Below, piece after piece: positions 37,131 to 51,450 of a stretch of 64,000 nucleotides of DNA. Both the position numbers and the translations under genes were made by a program. The number at the start of each line of letters is the position of its first letter. Position 1 is the stretch's first letter. The stretch is from Lama glama (Eukaryota). The stretch covers positions 86,368,001 through 86,432,000 of the forward strand of contig CM052817.1 of the NCBI GenBank assembly GCA_028534125.1, in the 5' to 3' direction. The notes under the pieces were generated by a model. That model was not told the DNA's origin. It saw only the letters and a list, made by a program, of their open reading frames with translations, and did not search any database.

Positions 37131-40100
37131 TTTAAAATTATTCATTTTCTATATATTATACAATCTAAAATTTATGGTCATCTAAATGGGTATTATTCTA
37201 ATCCTTGAACAGAGTTTCTTTCGTGCCAAACAAAAGTAGTACAAAACAGAATCTCAAATATATTTGCTGGAGTCCAAAATTAGTGGTAAGGGGGTGGGAA
37301 ACAATAAAGAAGGAAGCTACTGAAAAAAAGCTATTTTTTCAAATATTTATAGTGTTAAATGGAATAAGTCAAGTCAAGGTTAATATTTATTAACCTCAGA
37401 AAATCAGCCAGGGCAAATAAGGTAAATAGCAGATTTTAATCAGTAAAATCACTACAAATAATAAATAACAACAAATGAAAAAGTCATAGAGACAAGATAG
37501 TTTTTAGATGAGGGAATTCTATTTACTATACAACTGTTGTACGTATCCATCAGTTTAATAAGTCTAAGAGAAATAAAATGTGACAGAAGTTCACATTTGG
37601 ACAGAAAAAGTTGGTCATTTCACTTAAAAACCTCCTAAAGAGAATAGTTTAACTTTTGATATGTCAGGTCATGAAAATGAAAGGTTTCTGAGCAAAACAC
37701 ATAAGAATAGGGAACGATAAATTGTGATATATAGCAAATAGTGGCCAAAGCATAAATGTCAATTCCATGTCAGTCAAAGAGTAAATGAAGTATAACCAGG
37801 GGATCTTCTTTCTGTCTCATTTCTGTGGCAACATATTTTAAATTCCTGTATATCATAAAAATAGCATGAATAATGGAGTATTGCTTAATGTTACCATTAG
37901 ACCCACAGTCCCTTTAAGATACAAATGGCCACATTTTCATTAACTGGATGAGTGATTACAGTCCAAGCATAAATTCCAGCTGTGAGAGTAACTCAGCTCT
38001 GCCGTTTTTTACAGCCAAGTTCAACTTGGAATTAAGTTTTCCAAAGGCCAATTATCCTGATTTTACTGTTCAGCCTAGATGTTATATTCTTTTATAATGA
38101 TCTGCATGAGGTTTATGGTTTCTTTAAGAGGTAGGAAAGCATGCAGGAGGTTTGCAATGAGGCAAATGAGGCTAATCTCTGCTTCTTCCAGAGGAATAAA
38201 AAAAAGCAAGCTATACTGCTTTTAGTGCACCTGAAACACCCAGACTAACATCGTTTTGAATTGGCTTCTGACCACTTGTCTTTTTTTCTTTCTTCTTTTT
38301 TTTAATGTGTAGCCATTTCTCACGTTTTAGTCCCTGGATTACTTCTCTCTCCTTCTTCCCCTCCTCCTCCCCTCCTCCTACTCCTCTTTTTAATTTATCT
38401 TCTTCTCTCTATCTAAAGACAAAAAAATAGATGACTTGATTTGTGTTTTAAAACACTTATTTTAATACAAAGGGATGTAGTAGAGAAGCAGCAATCAAAG
38501 AATGGAATGAGGCAAGGTGGGGATTAGATATTAAAAGGATGGAACATTTGGCCAGGCACAGACATGATAAAGAAGTGGATATAAAATTCATCTTCCCACA
38601 ATTGCACAGAATGACCAATTGGCACTTCACAAAGTGCTTCGAAGAGTGGCCTTAATTTAAGTGAATGAAGTTTGCTCCCAGAATAGGAAACCTCTAGAAT
38701 ATCTCTAGAATAATCTCCTTAAGTATTTAATTTCTTTTAGTAGCATAATCACATAAACATGTTTGCAACAAACATGCATTATTCCAGCAAAAGAAATGGA
38801 ATTTATCTTATTTTTTTAAATAGCAATTAACCGTTGCCAATTCTTTCTTCGCAATAATTCCCCTTTTTAAAATTTAAATAGCTATGAGCCTAATTCTGAG
38901 TACTATTAACTTCCAGTTTTACTTAATGGCCTTATAAGTATTTTTTTTCTTATTCTAGTATTTCTGTTTAAAAATATGTATATATACTCTGTATAAAGAT
39001 TGGAATAAAACTGGTATTGACTATGCCAATGTCTAGCTTGCAAAATTTAACTGGCTTTCTATCAAACTGCAAGAAAATTATTTTAACATGCATTTCAGAC
39101 ATTCGGCAGTCTAACAAATTATATCGTTAGCTTTATTCTTCCTTTTCCTCTAGGTGTGTTCTCTGTTTCAAGCATATTTAAAAGTTAAGATATTTGTTGG
39201 TTAATTAAGTTGACAGTTGCAAACTAATAAAATTGTAAAAATTCTATCAAAATATCAGTATTTGCCCCTTGTTACAAAAACATTATCTACTTAATAAAAC
39301 ACATCAATTAAAAGCCAATTAGGACACTTATGTGAGAATGATAAAGCATAAATGAAATGCACTAAATTAACAACTGAGTTCTTAATTATCATCCCTATGT
39401 CTTTGATTTGAGGACTTTCACATAGGATTAGTGGAACTCAGAAAAGAACAGGAGCAACCTTATTCTTTCCCCTTTCTCCTTGTTCTAAGATGCTCTGGGG
39501 GATCAATGTCTAGTTCCTCAGAATTTGGATGAGATCCAATATAGGTCCCAATGACTTATCTTTTGACTCAGACAATGACAACCCTCTAGTCACTTTAAGT
39601 CATAAAATGATTATAATTATCATTAAATATCCAGCTCCATTAAATAGTCAAAATTCTGTACTTTATTTAAAAATAATATGTCTCTCTTTCTGTAGTTTGA
39701 AACTAACTTTGGAAGCCTTTAACAAAAATGACAAATACAGTTGGCTTCTTACCCATTTTTGTGCTTTGTGCTTCTGTCCCTGCCCGACACTAAACATCTT
39801 TTCTAACCCTGCAGATCAAAGCAGGAAAAGGAAGGAAGATCTAAAAAAGCAAAGTATGCCTTATCTTACTGCTTCTTAGTTTAAGTTTGATAAGGGTTGA
39901 AAATTGATTTGTCTTCTGAGACATCTTTCAGAGCCTGTTGAGAACATCCATCATTTGGCCTCTCTGGACAGCTCTTTCCTGTCTTAGGATGTGAATAAGC
40001 TCAATTTATTTCTGCTGAATTCTCCTTACCTCTCCAGGCTGCTGCCATCTAAAAGAATGCTAGGGTGATTCCCTCATCTGGTATGGTAGAATTCCAGAGC

Positions 40101-43100
40101 TTTGTCCAGCTACAAATGGATTTGCAGGTTTTTTTCCCAGCCTACAACCCACAGACCACTTCACCCAGACTCTTGACTTCGAGATTTCTTAGACATAATT
40201 TATGTAATAGTCTCAATGTGTTTCCCAAACTCTAGAAAACTTGTGTTAAATTTTCTAAGGAATGCATTTGAGGTAAAGGAGAAACTATCCCAATCTTCTA
40301 TGTGCCAGTAAAGATGGACTCACATCATGTATCAGTAACTAGTGCCAAGAAAATCCTAATCCAGTGCTTCTCCTTCAGACAGTCCAACTCCTTTTTAATA
40401 GACTGGCTATTGTTCATTAACTAATTTTCTCCGATTTGACTCTTGGGTATCTCATTTGCAAGTCTTGAAGAAGTAATTTAGAACCTCAGTTTAGAATGTG
40501 AAAGTAGTTGACACTTTCCTTTATTGGACCTCGGCAAAAGCTGATACAAATGCTCAATTTAACATCCTATAGCATATATTTACTCATTCTCTTAGTTACA
40601 AATTGATTTTGTTTTATTCTTGTACATTCTAGAATCACAGGAGTTGACTACATAATATGAATTTGACTTAAATGCAGTCAAGTAAGAAGTGGTTATGAAT
40701 TTTTACAAAAGAAAAAATAAACTGTAGTGAAAATAATTGAAAGTATGAGAGGATGTAAAGACTGCTGAGAAAAACGGTTGATTCTTATGGAATAATTCTG
40801 ACCTCTAAAGTGGTATTTATTTAACCTGTAATATTTTTATGCAATGTGAAAATTGTAGAAATTCTAAAATGAATAATAACTAGATACATATTCAATTATA
40901 ATAGGAAATTTGTTATAACTGAATGTCCTTATTTAAAAAAAATATATATATGTATATCATTGGAATATATACCTGACTCTTACATCTAGACCAATGAAAT
41001 AAAGCCTTTTTAGATTCACGTATACCAAAATGGAACCTAAAACCACATGTTAAAAAAATATTAGCTGAGTCTACCTTTATTTACAAACAGAAGTATTTTT
41101 CCTGTGATTAACTACAGGTTTCAAAAAGTATTTCTGGTATTTCTTTTTTCTTCCCTACTTGATCTCTGAAAACTGCTCTTTTGCTTCAATTATTATAACA
41201 TCCTCCAGATATATCATTTTGTCCTCATTATCTTAATCACTAAATCATGGCAAATGCACATAAGAGGAAAATGCATTTATGTTACTCAGAGTAATTATAC
41301 TTTTAATATTCATAAATTTATACTTTTCATTCAACGCTAATATATATGTGGAGTGATGATGAATACAGAAAATAAATGGAATATTAATTTTAATATGAAA
41401 GAACCAACAAAGAGCTTGAATTCCTTGTAATTATTTGGGTATAATTTCTATATTTAGTTGGACTGAACACCAGAAGTCAGCATCAATGTGCAGGAAAGAG
41501 CACAGCATAGTATTTAAGGTAATAGCTTACTGTTACATGATAGAAATGGAATTCCATTCCTGTAATAGAAAAGCAAATATTATCTGGGTATAGAGAAATT
41601 TTAAAGCATCTTTTCTATGAAAGTATCATATTTGGACATAGTGTGGGAATTGCTTTTGTAGTCAAGAAAAATGGCACAGATAATTACACAAGCATGGTTA
41701 TTTCATTATACTGTCCTTTCAGACTGATTAGCACCTTTTTATAATTCATGTAATGTTTCACTGTATGTATTTACATCAACTGAAGATAGTATATACACTA
41801 AGCTTTATTTCTTAAAAGATAAATTCCTAAAAACCACCCCTCCTTTCAGGTTATGCTTTAAACTTGTCAGAACACATAGTACTTCATTTATTCTACTAGT
41901 AATTATGCCAAGTGCATTTTTTCTTTTTTCCTTTGTGATATTACTATTGCAGGCAATATTCAGTACAGGCAAATTTTTTAAATTTGAAATGAGTAAAACA
42001 GGAAAACAATTTAATTGACTTCCCTGAGTCACTGTCATGTTGGAGAGAGTTTTATGCTGAAATTATAGCTAATAACCGAAGAATAATTCTGACTGGAACT
42101 TTGGTTAAATTTGCCACCCATTTTTGTATCGCATTCCTTCTACTGTTTTTGTAGAGTGAATGTCAATCAAGAGCTCCCATGGTAAAGACAACGTGGAACA
42201 TTGGAGAGCGGGCGAGATAGGAAAAAATTAACTGTGTGCATGTACCATATATTGTGCATGAAAGCTTATATTATCTAGAGGACTGTATAGGTACCATTAA
42301 ACTACACCTCATCCTACCATATAGAGAACATACGAGAACACAAAGAAAATTTCCTGCCCTGAGTACAAAATCCATTTATTTGAGGAGAGAGCTAGGAGTT
42401 GCTGGTAAAAGGAATCCAATAGGATTTATTACATTTTAAGCAAATAAATATTCATTAGATTATATGATTAAAAATAAAGAATAGAGGGAAATGAGAAACT
42501 CAAGTATTGCCTTTTCCTAAGGCCATGGCCACCACAAACTAAAAATCCTTTCTGTAATGAAAGGTGGACACAAAAAGAAAGTATTGACTACATAGTTTTT
42601 TACTAAATCTCCTACAATTTAGCACATTCTTGAGTGGTAATAGTTTGATAGAACACAAGAAGATTCTGAAATGACAGCATTGTATAGGGGGGAAATTGAA
42701 GGTTAGAAGAGCTACATGATCTCTTTCTATTCCAAGATGGATTAATGCATATAGCATATTAACAAATATATTATGTACACATATTTGTGCAAAAAATGGC
42801 TCTTTAATATATATATATAGTAGAAAGGAATAATATTATATTATATTTTAGGATTTTTTTGTTTTCTTTTTTTGTTTACAGGCTTGAGTGAACACTCTAT
42901 AAACAGTAGAGAGCTCAATAATTAAAGTTAAAAATGTATCATGATCACAGCTCAAGGAAAAAAATCTGATTTTTAAAAAAGCAGAAGGGCAAATGAGATA
43001 GGATTCAAAACATGAAGTAAATTTTTCTCATTAAACTTAGAGAAAAGCTAAAGATTTTATTGACTGTTTTCCTGAAAGCATGATAACTTATCCATGTCTC

Positions 43101-43758
43101 TAATAATCCTCTCCCTGAGCATTTCTTACATGTGAGCACTCTGAAACTTTTAAAATGAACTATGATTTAGGTTTCTGGCATGTGGTCAGTCCAGATATAT
43201 GAGTGACTATATTTTGATGCAATGCTATCTTAAAACCTAAAAAATAACACAAAGTGAAATATCAGCATTATATAACTAATCCATATATCAGACTTAATAT
43301 GATAGTTCCTATATGGGAGTTTCTGGTTCAATAGAACATTTCCATATTTAATTATAATTGAACCTTTAAAATGCTTATATTTTCTTCTTTCAGGCAATAG
43401 AAAACCTAGGTTAGTGTGACTATCTTCTGATCAAGTAGATAATTTAGAACATAGTGATCAGCACTTTTATTGTATGTTATTATTTGTCAGATATATTAAA
43501 GAAATACAATACATATATATCCATATCCTTAATTTGCATGACGACTTATGTATTCACATGTTTACATAAATGTGCACGTGTGAATATCTGTACATGTATG
43601 TATAAATGTAATTGTACATTTATTTTGGAAATTTAAAATATCGCTCAATAAATGTATTATCTTTAAAAACTCAGCCCTTCAAAATTCAATAATATTTTTG
43701 ACATTAATAGAAAATATTTTACCTAATTTAACAATATAGGAACTTTTCCTTGATACAT

Positions 43759-44180
43759 TGTTGGAGGAGACCGTTGAGAAGACATGATGCTGGTTGACCC
43801 ATAAGCTGGACCCAGGCAATCAGAGGCCTTTTATCTCCTCCGCTGTCCTTGGAATGTGTGCTCTGCCTGCCTTCCCTACCCTAAAAGCTGCCTTGGGACA
43901 TCACCTTGATAGTGTTGTGGTGTTGAGACCATCTGGACTGTGCATGTGACTGAACCCAGGAAAGGCCTCTAACTTTATGAGGGCGGTGGCTGCAGAGTAT
44001 TGCTTGTCTTGCAGCCACACAAGACAGGCCTCGCATGTTAAGTTCCTTTGCTCTTATTAAACCTCCCACCCCTCAATCTGGAATAGCCTGCCTCTTTGTT
44101 TCTTCGTTCTCTCCTTGCTTTCTGTGTATGGGACCAGTTTCAGTTTTCACCAGGGAAACTCCCATGACTGCAAACCAACA
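43759..44180 (+). mobile_element. Solo ERV LTR (family not resolved)
   Basis: 6-bp terminal inverted repeat tgttgg...ccaaca; ATTAAA near 44056; GC-richer than its flanks. No clean TSD. Confidence 0.75.
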
Positions 44181-44343
44181 TATAAGTAATGATTAAATAT
44201 AATTATTAAGATAGCAGAGAGCAAACTTTGAAAGATGAATGGAGGTCAAAATATTGAAGTTAATATTTTTAATGATTAATATAAAATAAATGCTAAAAAA
44301 TGCAGCCTGAGAATAAAAATATGCAAGAATAAGAAAATGTCAT

Positions 44344-44613
44344 TTTTTTAATTTTTAAAATTCCTTTATTATTGTTTTTTAACTTTTTAAACTTTTCTTA
44401 TTGATTTATAATCATTTTACAATGTTGTGTCAAATTTCAGTGTAGAGCACAATTTTTCAGTTATACCTGAACATATGTATAATTCATTGTCACATTATTT
44501 CTCTGTGAGCTACCACAAGATCTTGTATATATTTCCTTGTGCTATACAGTATAATATTGTTTATCTATTCTACATTTTGAAATCCTAGTCTATGCCTTCC
44601 CACCCCTCCAACC
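44344..44613 (-). mobile_element. Heavily 5'-truncated young L1 (3' UTR only) with 13-bp TSD
   Basis: T-rich tail, then reverse 3' UTR matching the 24760-24845 L1. TSD aagaaaatgtcat at 44331-44343 and 44614-44626. Confidence 0.92.
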
Positions 44614-45322
44614 AAGAAAATGTCATATTAGCCATAGTCCTATCTATAGTTTATTATGAGCTGTAAATAGGGTAAAAATCTTACAAAGCATATTTACAGG
44701 GCAGTATGTATATAGATGTGCAAATATCTATGACACAGTTGTATATTTTTAAAGGTATGTCAGTGTATTGTGGGAGACATCTGTTTATGTGAATTATGTC
44801 TTGGAAATATTAGTAATTTTTTTTGTTGTTGTGGGTAGGTTGGTGACTACAGAGAAGGATCCATGGAGAACTGAGAACACAGAAAGACAATGTTGATTTC
44901 CTGGTATTGGAAAGCTTCATACTTCTCCTAATATATTATAGGTTACTAAGGTAATTAAAACTAATGGTCAGTCAAATATGATGGTTTCTGGAAGTTTGGA
45001 GCTGATCTTTTTTCCTGATTGTTACTTAGGATGATTTATAAGACATACAAAAGCTGAAATGGGGTTATGTAAGTAATTTCCCATCTATAAGGTAAAGACC
45101 AAGATTATATAGGTCCTTCATGGAAAATATAGAGAAGCTTAGTTTCAAATCTAACAAGTTAACTATACCCAAGTTATAAAAAATAATAAGGAAGGAAGCA
45201 TTCTAAGAAATAAGGGAATGAAGGACTTCACTGAGGGGCATGATCTTAAAGAACTGTGGGATATTACAGAGTTCTATTTTACAGTAAAAAGGCAATCTCC
45301 AGGATGAAGAGAATGAAAGTGG

Positions 45323-45425
45323 AGTGATCATTTCATAATGTATAAAAATATAGAATCAGTATGCTGTATACCTGAAACTAACATAATACTGTATGTTAAT
45401 TATAACTCGATAACTCAGTAATAAA
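45323..45425 (+). mobile_element. L1 extreme 3' end fragment
   Basis: 'gtgatcattttcataatgtat...gaatcagtatgctgtatacctgaaactaacataatactgtatgttaattata'. Confidence 0.75.
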
Positions 45426-47008
45426 ATGAGTGGATAAAAAGCACTTTGCTTCTTAATTCGTTGTCAGTAGATCTCACCCAATAAATATGTATATCTTCTC
45501 CATCTACATAGTTACATCCCCCCAAAAAAGATAAAATGGTACAAAAGTAATCTTCTAAGGAGTAAAGAAAAATCCATAAGATACTTAGATAAACTATAAA
45601 AAAAATTACAGTAGTAGGCTGGAATTATTTTCTGATCTATGAAATCTTGAAAAGTGAAAAAAAAAAAAAAAAGAAACTGCTGACCAAGGGAAGTGGGATC
45701 AGCAAAGACCACTAGAAGACTGAGTAGAATAGTCAGAAGAAATAGAAGCTCAGAGAATCCTTTTGGACAGTTCGTTTGGGGAACAAATGAAGTATACATT
45801 TACTTGAGAGCAAACTAAATGTGCCTGTTAGATGAAGAAAAATTTTCCATAACATGTGTAGTCAGTGCCGCTAGAAAAGAAGACAAACTCCAGCATTTGA
45901 GCACTCATTAATGAAAAGCAGACATTTTCAAAGATTTAGTGTGAGCTTAATGGGTTGCTAAGTACTATGGTCCCCCTGTAATTCTCATGTATTTCTCTAC
46001 CATATTACTCTACGTATTAATCACTTCATTATCCCCTTGTTTCCATTTTTCTCTGTCTCTCTCATTTTAATCCAGCCTTTACCAATGTAGAAATAATCAC
46101 TGCAGGGCAAAGGAATAAAATACAAATACAAACTGTTTCCTTCTCCCTAAGAACTGATAAGATGTAAGCTTGGAAAGGTGAATGAAAGGAGCGCAAGTGA
46201 TGAACAGATCTTGAGAGACAGAAAAAAAGCAGAGCTTTGCAAGTGGGGAGCAACATAAGGCTTCTCTAGCCCAAAGATGAGGAAGCAGCATTGACAGAAA
46301 TTATCATCAAGTCATTTGAGGTGTTGTACTGTATATTTCTTCCCATAAAACAGTGTCTCTCTTTCAGGGACACCTGCAGGCTTCATGCAAAACAATGGGA
46401 CAATGAGTTAATTAGTATGGTTCAGGCAGGCATGCAGGGAAACCCTTATCAGTAACAAGGGCAGAAATGAATGGAATGTGAACATTCCGGAAACGTAGAA
46501 AGTCCACACTTCTCCACACTCGTAATGAATTTACCTGGTCTGTAGATTTTTAAATAGGTAATAACTTTTATTAAATAAAAATCTTAATATGTTAACCATT
46601 TTCTGAATATTATCTTTGAGGAAAATGTCTTCCAGTAAGTTAGGCATACCAGGGTGCTGGGAAAGGAGAAAGTGCCCAGTAAAATAAGTTAATGGTGAGC
46701 AGAAATATATTTTGACATGTAAGAGGTATGACTAAAAAAATTCAGACAGGAGATAAGTCAAAAATAAATAAGCAGTTAGTATGAAATCTTAATTAACTTA
46801 TAATAGCAAGAATAACTTAGAGTATGTGGTTAATTAAGTTGGAGAGCAATGTGTTGTAGGGATTTAGAAGTATATTTTAATTATCAAGTGTTTTTAATTT
46901 GATCTAACAATACATTGCCACAAATGAGAATAAAAATGGATGCATAATTACTGTGGGTAATTTTGACTTTGAGTCATGAAATTTATACTTATATTAGTGT
47001 TATGATTT

Positions 47009-47612
47009 TGTTGCTGAAAACTCAGCTCTGCACCCCATAAAGTGAATTCAGACTTGGAGGCAGAGTTTAGGGAGCAAAGAAGAGAGCTGCTTTATTGTTT
47101 TGCCTGGCAAAGGGGAGTCATAGCAGACTAATGCTTTGGAAACTGAATCTATCTTGGGGTTGGGGCTTGGTGATTATATAGGCAAACAGGACGGGAGCAT
47201 ATCAGTGATAACGAACAATAGAGTCTTTTACGAAAGTTTATCTTGCATCATGGGAACTTCTCCTGGTCCGTTAAGTTGGTCCTGCCCAAGGCCTTGGTGT
47301 TATCTGGTCTGATCCTTCTGATGTCACAAGGGCTTCTGGAGGATCTGGCCGTTCCTTCAGGGTTATCATTCCATAGCGTTCTTCCTGGAAAATAACTTCA
47401 GGGTTTTGGATACAGGTTATGTAGGGTAGGGCGTAAATCATAGTGGGGGTTGCTAAGCACATAATCATCTAAGCAATTAAACAGCAGCAGTGGCAAGGGA
47501 AAAAACATGATAGTCAGAAAGAACTCCAAGAAAATAAGTTAATCAGCCACAGTAAACTCTGTAAGCTGTTTTAGCATCAGGGAAGCCATTTTGTAATGGC
47601 TCCAATTTCACA
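47009..47612 (-). mobile_element. ERV1-class solo LTR
   Basis: TG...CA termini; TTTATT (minus-strand poly(A) signal) at 47091; near-TSD attt/atat. Confidence 0.78.
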
Positions 47613-47713
47613 ATATAGAAAAGGTAATTGAAATTTTATTTTGTGTTAATTTTGCTCTTCTGGAGACTTTTAGCAAAGATCAAGAGAGCACGTATTTTTG
47701 TGTGCAATGCATC

Positions 47714-48113
47714 TGTCTTTCAGTTGCTACACACATGTCTTTCAAATGCTATGCTATGACAAAGTCCTCTAACCTGGGTGGCTTATTAACAGCAGAAATG
47801 TATTTCTCACAGTTCTGGAGGCTAGAAGTCTGACTTCAGGGTACTAGCATGGTCAGGATCTGGTGAGAACCATCTTCTGGGTTCATAGATGCCATTTCTT
47901 GTTCTATCCTCACATGATATAAAGCAGAGAGAGAGGAAGCACCATCTCTTGTGACTCATAAGGGCCCTAATCCCTTTCATAAGGGTTCCACCCTCATGAT
48001 CTCATCAATCCTGATTACTTACCAAATGCCCTACCTCCCAATACTGTCACAAGGTGGAGTAGGTTTTTAAAATATGAATTTTGGGGAGACAGACTCACAC
48101 GCTGTCCATAACA
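47714..48113 (-). mobile_element. MaLR MLT1A-like solo LTR with 5-bp TSD GCATC
   Basis: 'aaatgtatttctcacagttctggaggctagaagtc...tatgaattttgggg...ccataaca'. GCATC at 47709-47713 and 48114-48118. Confidence 0.92.
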
Positions 48114-48504
48114 GCATCCCTCTATGTCCTCACAAGTGACTCAGAAAACCAGGCATTTTTAAAGGTGGCCTGATTGCCATAGAAACAATAATAATTGGCT
48201 GTTACCAGTTTCAGGGATCACCTTAAGTGGTGTTTACTGAGAAGTACACTTTTCTGGATACTTATTATCAGCTTTACATATATTCTTAGTAAGTAGAATG
48301 TTTACATACAAACTGGGCACAAATATGTACAGTCTATAGTTTATCACATAGAATGAATACATGCTAAGAGAATATTCATTGTCAAGGCATCTAGTCTCCA
48401 TGAGAATTACATTTAATTAGCAATGAGAACCTCTTCAAGAATAGCATATCTAAATCCACAAAATTTCTTACACCAAAGACAAGGAGGCAATCACTAATAA
48501 TTTT

Positions 48505-48625
48505 TACCCCCAACAAATATGTATTTAAGGCATTCTTGGTGTGGGTACTGTGCAGGTTCATGACTATGCAGAAATGAAAAAGATACAGAATCTATCCTCA
48601 AGCAACTTAGAGCCCCTGAATGGGG
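48505..48625 (-). mobile_element. L2 3' end fragment
   Basis: 'caacaaatatgtatttaaggc...gtactgtgcagg...atcctcaagcaacttagag'. Confidence 0.6.
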
Positions 48626-50924
48626 ATAGGATAAAGGTACTTAATAGATTAAAAATTAACATGTTAAGCCAAATGGACAAATAGTTCTAATCCTAATAGC
48701 TTTCTCTCCCTTTTCACTGTCCTGGTCCTTTGGCATTATGTTTCCATTTTAAAATAATTGAATATATCAAAGCCTCATAAGTCCCTAGATCCAAGGGACT
48801 TCATCTCTCTTCCTATATAAATCACAACCACAGCCCTCTCTTCTTTAAAAATGTATGCATTATCATAGTCAAAATGACTGTACTTATTTTTTCCCTCAAA
48901 TTCCAGATCAGACCATGTAACAAAGGATGAGGAGGGAAGATCTTGTCTATTTTGTTGCCTTGTTCAAGATCCTGTCTATTTTATGTATTGTTTTCTTCAT
49001 TGTTTAACCCTTAATAGGTCTTCAGTAAGTAATTCTTGAATGAACTTTAATGAATTCTCCAAGTCTTCTGAAATCCCTTTAATGACGTTTTTACCCTTAT
49101 TTTCTCTTCTAGGGCTCCCCTAATGGCATATATACACTTTGCCTACTGACATAATAAAGTATAAATTTAGTAGGGTAAATTGTTCTTTATGCTGATGATA
49201 TATTTTTTACACTACCTTGAAAGGAGTAGAGTTTCAAAAAATAGAGTCAATTATCCCATTTCCAAAATATTATTAAAATTTCTCTACTCTCTGAATAAAG
49301 TTAAAACTATGAGTTTTATGCTCATATAAAATCAATTAGTAATCATGTATATCTCTACTAAACTTTTTATTCATTGAAACATGCCACCCATCAGAACATT
49401 GCCAGTTCAGGAATTTAAATTAACATTATTAATTTTTCAATAATCACTTAGAGATGAATATTTATAATTCAATAATCTAACATTTGGGGTATCTATAATA
49501 AAGTACTTGATTTAATAAGTATGGTGCCATACAGTATTTAGCATGAAAATTATGTTTGATTTTCTAAGTTGAAGAGATATAAGTATTTGTATCATGAATA
49601 ATAAGTGGTGCTTACTCAACTGAATTACTCAAATTACAAAGGCCAGAGGGATCTACTTTTTCTTATATATGTATGTAACTTTCATTATACCCTACTAGAA
49701 GCTATGTGCATTTAAAATGAGTTAATTAAACTCTAAAGTTTAATTTAATACAGAATGGAAGCTGATATATGTTTCCTGGAAAGGAGGAATTAATCAAAAT
49801 GCCTAATTTTAAATTATCGAAAATAATTTAACATGCATTGGGGATAATAAGAAAATGTTATAATCTTTGCATGTCACTACTGAGAGATTTTTAAATATAC
49901 TCTATTTTTATATAAATTGAAAATTGTGTAAATGAGGTGTTTCTTTTTACATATCCTATTAAATGAAGAAAGGTATAAAACACACCAATCAACCTTTATA
50001 TTATTATCATTAAAAAGTGAGCTGTAGTGATGGTATGCATAATTACCTCTTTTATAATAATCTTATTTTTTCTTTTAAGTGTGAAAATTGTGTGTCTAAC
50101 CAGACAAATCAAGAACATTTACACTCAGACAAGTAATATATATTTATAGTGAAAGTACAATTCTTTCCATTAAAATATTTAGATTTATAGTAATGGATTA
50201 ATTATAAACTTGATTTGAATATTAAAATCTTATTGAAACTGAAGATAAAATATCCACTACACTTTTATTCTCTTCAGTATATAGCATCCACCACTACAAG
50301 ATAAAGAGAGAAAAAATATATAGAACTTTATTCTAAGATTCTTATAGAAGTGAATCACAGCCATTTCTCAAAAATGATTTTAAAATGTTAACACTCTAAA
50401 GTAACAGACCTTCTATTACAGTTTGTCTCAAATACGTACAGTGATTTTATGGAATTTGAATATGGTTTGTTTTATAAATATTTTCATAATCATTAAAATA
50501 GTCATGTATAAGAAAGTGTTTCATATCTGTGCTCTTGTTTAAACAATATGTTAAGTGTAGCATAGTACTTAATTTATCTTTCAAATTAATTATAAAAATA
50601 ATTAGATATTTAGAATTTAATTTAAATATTACATGTATCTTTTTTGAATTAATGGAATATACTAATTGCAGAAAAGATAGAATATATACATAATCAAGGT
50701 AAAAATTACTTGTAATTACAGGACTATGATAGAAATATTGGCAACAATTTGGTGGAAAATCTTTCCATATATAATTTGATTTGCAAGTAAATATATATTT
50801 TTTCTGTGTAACAATTTGATTTTGATGCTCAGATATTTTTGCACTCTGCTTTGATTAATGTAATTCATTCAGTTATTTAACCACTCTTTCTTCTCTTTAC
50901 TAGGGTTCAGTTAGGTGGTAGGGA

Positions 50925-51450
50925 TTAGGTTCAGTGTTTAATGATTGCTAAATATATGCCAGTCATCTTCTAGGAGCTTCTAGGAGCTGGAGCTATAGCA
51001 GGGAACAGAGGAAATGAAGGTTCCGTCCTTGCAAAGTTTATGTGGTACTGAGGTAGGCTGACATTAACACACAAAGAAATAGTGGGACAAAAATCAAATA
51101 GTAGAAAAAGCTATACAGTGCAAAATATGGAACAGAGTATAATATTCAATAGGATGGTGAAGGGAAACATTATGAATAAGGTGATGTTAAAGTAGAAACA
51201 TAAATAAAATGTAGAAGACATGAAACTATTTGAGATAAAATTTTCAAATGAAGATAAGAACAAATTTAAAAGTTCTTACATGGGAACAATGCTTACCTTA
51301 TTCTAGGTAAAGTAAGAGGGCCAGTATTGTAGGAACGATCGCAGTGAATTCATTTGGAGAGGTGTCCCAGGAAAAACACATGTCAGTCTTTGTAATCCTA
51401 AGTAAGGTCCTTGAATTTCTCAATAAATTTGATGAGAATCTATTGATAAG
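50925..51450 (-). mobile_element. L2a-like 3' fragment
   Basis: 'tatatgccagtcatcttctaggagc...tatagcagggaacag...aggatggtgaagggaa...gaataaggtgatgtt'. Confidence 0.7.
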
